A stretch of DNA of 64,000 bases. Source: Squalus acanthias (lineage: Eukaryota). Position numbers and translations under genes: made by a program. The first letter of the stretch is position 1; each line of letters starts with the position of its first letter. Positions 60,613 through 64,000 of this stretch are shown here, piece after piece. The stretch lies in assembly GCA_030390025.1 (NCBI GenBank), contig CM059433.1:27220001-27284000 (forward strand), given 5' to 3'. The notes under the pieces were generated by a model. The model ran no database searches. It was given only the letters and a program-made list of their open reading frames with translations, and was not told the origin of the DNA.

Positions 60613-62699
60613 TGTAGTGCTCTCAAGGATTAGTACTCCTCTTCCAATTCAACCAATACTACGGGAACAGGCAAAGGAATTCCCATTCTCCCAACTCTGC
60701 TAGCTGCAACTTGTACAGCAGTAGCAATTGCCAATATTTCAGCAAACGCCTTGCTTAAAAAAGGCATAAACACACTAGGAAAAAGTATGCAGGATGTTCA
60801 GTGAAGAAGTCAAAAAATAATCACTGCCAAAGAAACCCCACTTCAACACAAACAAAATAACTTTACTTTAAGAATTTGGTCCAAGCAGGCCAAATTCAAA
60901 TCCCTGTCATGTACCCTTGTCTAGCCCAAACTTGTGAAATACAGTATGGGACCTGATTTAAACAAATTAACTATGTAAATATAAGTTTGACTTGCCTCCT
61001 TCTCACCCCAAAATTGCAAATGGCAAAATTTGGCACACCACAAATCAGACATGGAAGGTTGAGCTACTTTCATAAAATAGGCACTTATGTGTAAAGCAAT
61101 TAATCTACCTCACTGACCTATGTGAAATATTCATCTGTTGTCAATTGATATTATGAATTATAATATTATAAACCATTGCCTGTGTGATCAGGAAGCAATC
61201 TATAAATATCTAAGAGCAAAGTCTGTTCAAATGGCACACATCACCTGAAATCCTGATGTCAAACAAATATAGCAGGTTAAAAAAAAACTTTCCAGTTCAG
61301 TGTATTCATTCATTGGGCTTTAGTTAGAGGGAGGATTCCATAGATGAGACTTATGTTGAATACGACACATTTCTGTACTGAAAGTGGCAAAAGAAGATTA
61401 AACCTTCTGAATTCACTTTGACAGTTACATTTCGTCAGAATTTATTGAAAAGGGTAATAAACCCATTCCAGACTTTGTTCATTATTTTTATGTTTGATAA
61501 TGTATTTGATCATATTTACCAAATTGTTTTATGCTTCATATTTTCATTTAACTGCAAATAAATATATTAGTTGTGTTATCCTGAAAAAGAAAACATTAAT
61601 GCCTGCATAACATCTGTTTATTTAAAGATAGTGTGCAGCATAGCACAAAACTATGTCTAATCCAGTAAAAAGATTACTACACATAGTAACTGTTAATCCT
61701 CAACAACATGCAACTCTAAAGAGATCGAAAAAAAGTACAGCTTCCAGATTATAGAGGACAAGGCCAATTTAAAGGAACAGCTGTGAAACTGCTGAAAGAG
61801 AAAATGGGCCTATAAAAACTGAAAATTATATAATAAGTAAAAAAAAATGGATTCACTGTATCCTCCAACACACCAAAGCACAGCTGTAATATGAGGATAG
61901 CCCAGCTCTAATTTTCAGCTCAACCAATATAAAAAAATAGAAATGTTTGTAATTTTGGAAACAATGAATAAAGATCATAGTTGGTTCAACACAGCTTAAT
62001 TTTCTTGGAAACCTCAGGCTTTCCTTTTCATAATCTCACACAAGAATATAATGAAATCATGCTGGTGATATCTTACTGTCAACCCATACTTTGGACTGAG
62101 CCAAAATTTACAATAAGCCAAATTTTGTTCTGACACTGAAATTCACAAAGATATATGGAGCACGCAATCAATGATTGACTGAATTCCTTACATACCTTCT
62201 TAGAACATAATTTTAGAACAGTTATATTACATGCTGTATAATACACACTGCCAATTATATTCAGTAACAATTGTTATTTACTCCTCATGAGCAACCTATA
62301 ATATTTGGAATCAATATAAGCCATAACAAATTTAATTACGTCCAAGTTTTAATTCACGCTTCTATTAAAATATGACTCTCCTGATCAACCTTGAATGCAA
62401 GGCACTGATATGAAAAAGATTAAAGTTTATAAACAGATTTGTTTTGATAAATTATAGAACACATTTGACCAAGTTAATATCTGCCACACATTTGATTTTA
62501 ATGAAGTTTTTTTGTGTATAAACAAATGAACACAAAACTGTGAAATTAATTTTAGAAATATAATCAACCATCAGCTACAAATTTCTACAATTAAGGATGT
62601 GATGAAATCATGTTATTATCCATTTTGGAAAAATGATTTGTAAGAAAGAGAAGTGTTGGCTAAATGCTTTAGGTTTCAGGTTTCCCAAACCTTGATACA

Positions 62700-63065
62700 A
62701 GCCGTCGATTTTTTCAGAGGGGTGGGGGGTGGGGGGTGGGGGCGCGGGGGGAAATGGAGCGCACAAGCCCTGTAGCGGGCGACGCACCCGGAGAGTTTGG
62801 GGAAATGGACAACCTGCTGATCTTAATGGCAGGGCCTCATTTAAATAAAAGTTCCCGGAGTCCCACCCAACACTCGGCCAGGTGGGCGGGAGCGAGAATT
62901 TGGCCACGGGGGCCACAGCCGGGGACAAGTGGGAATGTCCTGTGGCAGTCAGTGGAAGGAGAGGTTCCAGGGCAATCACGGATTGGCGATTGGGAGGGGG
63001 TTTTAACCCCTCGACAGACCCTGCCTGTCGGGGGCAGGGGGGAGAGGGGTTTCAAATCGAGGCCT
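62700..63065. mobile_element. GC-rich MITE-like insert
   Basis: gccgtcgattttt...aaatcgaggcc ends; abrupt GC island in an AT-rich intron. Confidence 0.55.
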
Positions 63066-63403
63066 ATGCTTTGATTCTGATATCTTGTTTGTAAACAGGC
63101 AATATAGCACTTAACCAATTAATAACATCTCTTCTGGTTGGCTATAAGTTTTAGATAGGAAAATACTAAATTAGGTCTGTCCGTTATGATTAACATTTAT
63201 GGGCTATTCAGGGAACAGCAAGTTGACAGTACATAAAAATACGGCAGTTACATTTGTGACTGTGGGCCAAGAGTTTAATAAGCACTGCTCTTGCCAAATA
63301 ACTCCCACTTAACTTTAGTTCACTTAGTCAAGTCAGAGGATCTTTCTCTGAGAAAGTTAAAATTCATTTATATTACAGGCTGTTGGAAAATAACGCGTCT
63401 CAC

Positions 63404-63487
63404 CTTTAGACCTCGAGGGCCAGCTGGTCCTGGGGTACACGTACAAGGGGGTGGTGTAGAACTAACATCGTCAAGACTACTGTCACA
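63404..63487 (-). CDS. COL21A1: FACIT collagen exon (84 bp, phase 0): CDSSLDDVSSTPPPCTCTPGPAGPRGLK, non-collagenous/triple-helix junction
   Basis: Minus strand reads ttttgttttctccactttag|TGT...CTA AAG|gtgaga. The translation lines up with human COL21A1 CLNGPSDVGSTPAPCICPPGKPGLQGPK as I recall it (CxC motif, then Gly-X-Y). Confidence 0.85.
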
Positions 63488-63601
63488 CTAAAGTGGAGAA
63501 AACAAAACAGTTCTAAGAAGGAACATAAGATACTCTATTCCCTTTATGCTTGGTTGATGGGAGGTAAACTGTGAGCATTAATAACTACAAAAAAGACAAT
63601 A

Positions 63602-63960
63602 GGCCAGAAATTGCGGTCAGAGGCGTACCTCTGGAGTACACCTCGGACCCGCGAAAGAATTACGAACCTACCTGCTGACAGCCAGGCTGCGAAAACTTGC
63701 GGTCTCAGGCCTTGAGACGGAGTGCAGTGTAATGGCCCCCAGATCCCAGGGACGCAGGCGGTGCGGAAGCGTACCTGGGATCACATGGGCCTGGTCCTCC
63801 AATCACAAAGCAGTATTCCTTTTTAATCCCAAAGGGAATCCCCTAATGAGATGTAATGGAACCCCAAAATCTAATCTAATTACAATTTACAGAATTGGAA
63901 TTTTATTCGTAATTACCTTCATTCCACCAACCTCACTAAAAATTAATTTTTTGATAATAA
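63602..63960. mobile_element. MITE-like element starting ggccagaaatt, just upstream of the collagen exon acceptor
   Basis: Terminus resembles the Harbinger TIRs; right end uncertain. Confidence 0.4.
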
Positions 63961-64000
63961 TTTTAGACATCATTAAAACTGTAATCTGGGCCAACATTTG

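Overview
Eukaryotic, repeat-dense intronic DNA. The repeat families (CR1 LINEs with an esterase ORF1, MER131-like SINE, Neptune-type Penelope) suggest a cartilaginous fish; this is inference. The only host gene seen is a minus-strand FACIT collagen, most likely COL21A1, with two phase-0 exons (63404-63487 and 52462-52524); I found no further Gly-X-Y exon in the remaining ~52 kb. That space holds nested transposons: (i) three PIF/Harbinger elements with convergent transposase and Myb/SANT genes, plus MITE derivatives; (ii) a near-intact CsRN1-clade Gypsy element with both LTRs, tRNA-Trp PBS and 4-bp TSD, inserted in a Harbinger Myb exon; (iii) a young Penelope insertion with ~560-bp inverted arms, each carrying a minimal hammerhead ribozyme; (iv) a separate 105-bp hammerhead mini-element with a 13-bp TSD; (v) one near-full-length and many truncated CR1 LINEs, one fused to a 5x69-bp array; (vi) a solo LTR and a SINE/LINE pair sharing a 3' tail. 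Most short ORFs in the track are spurious. No prokaryotic-type system is present. All comparisons were done by eye; family names come from recalled motifs, not database searches.
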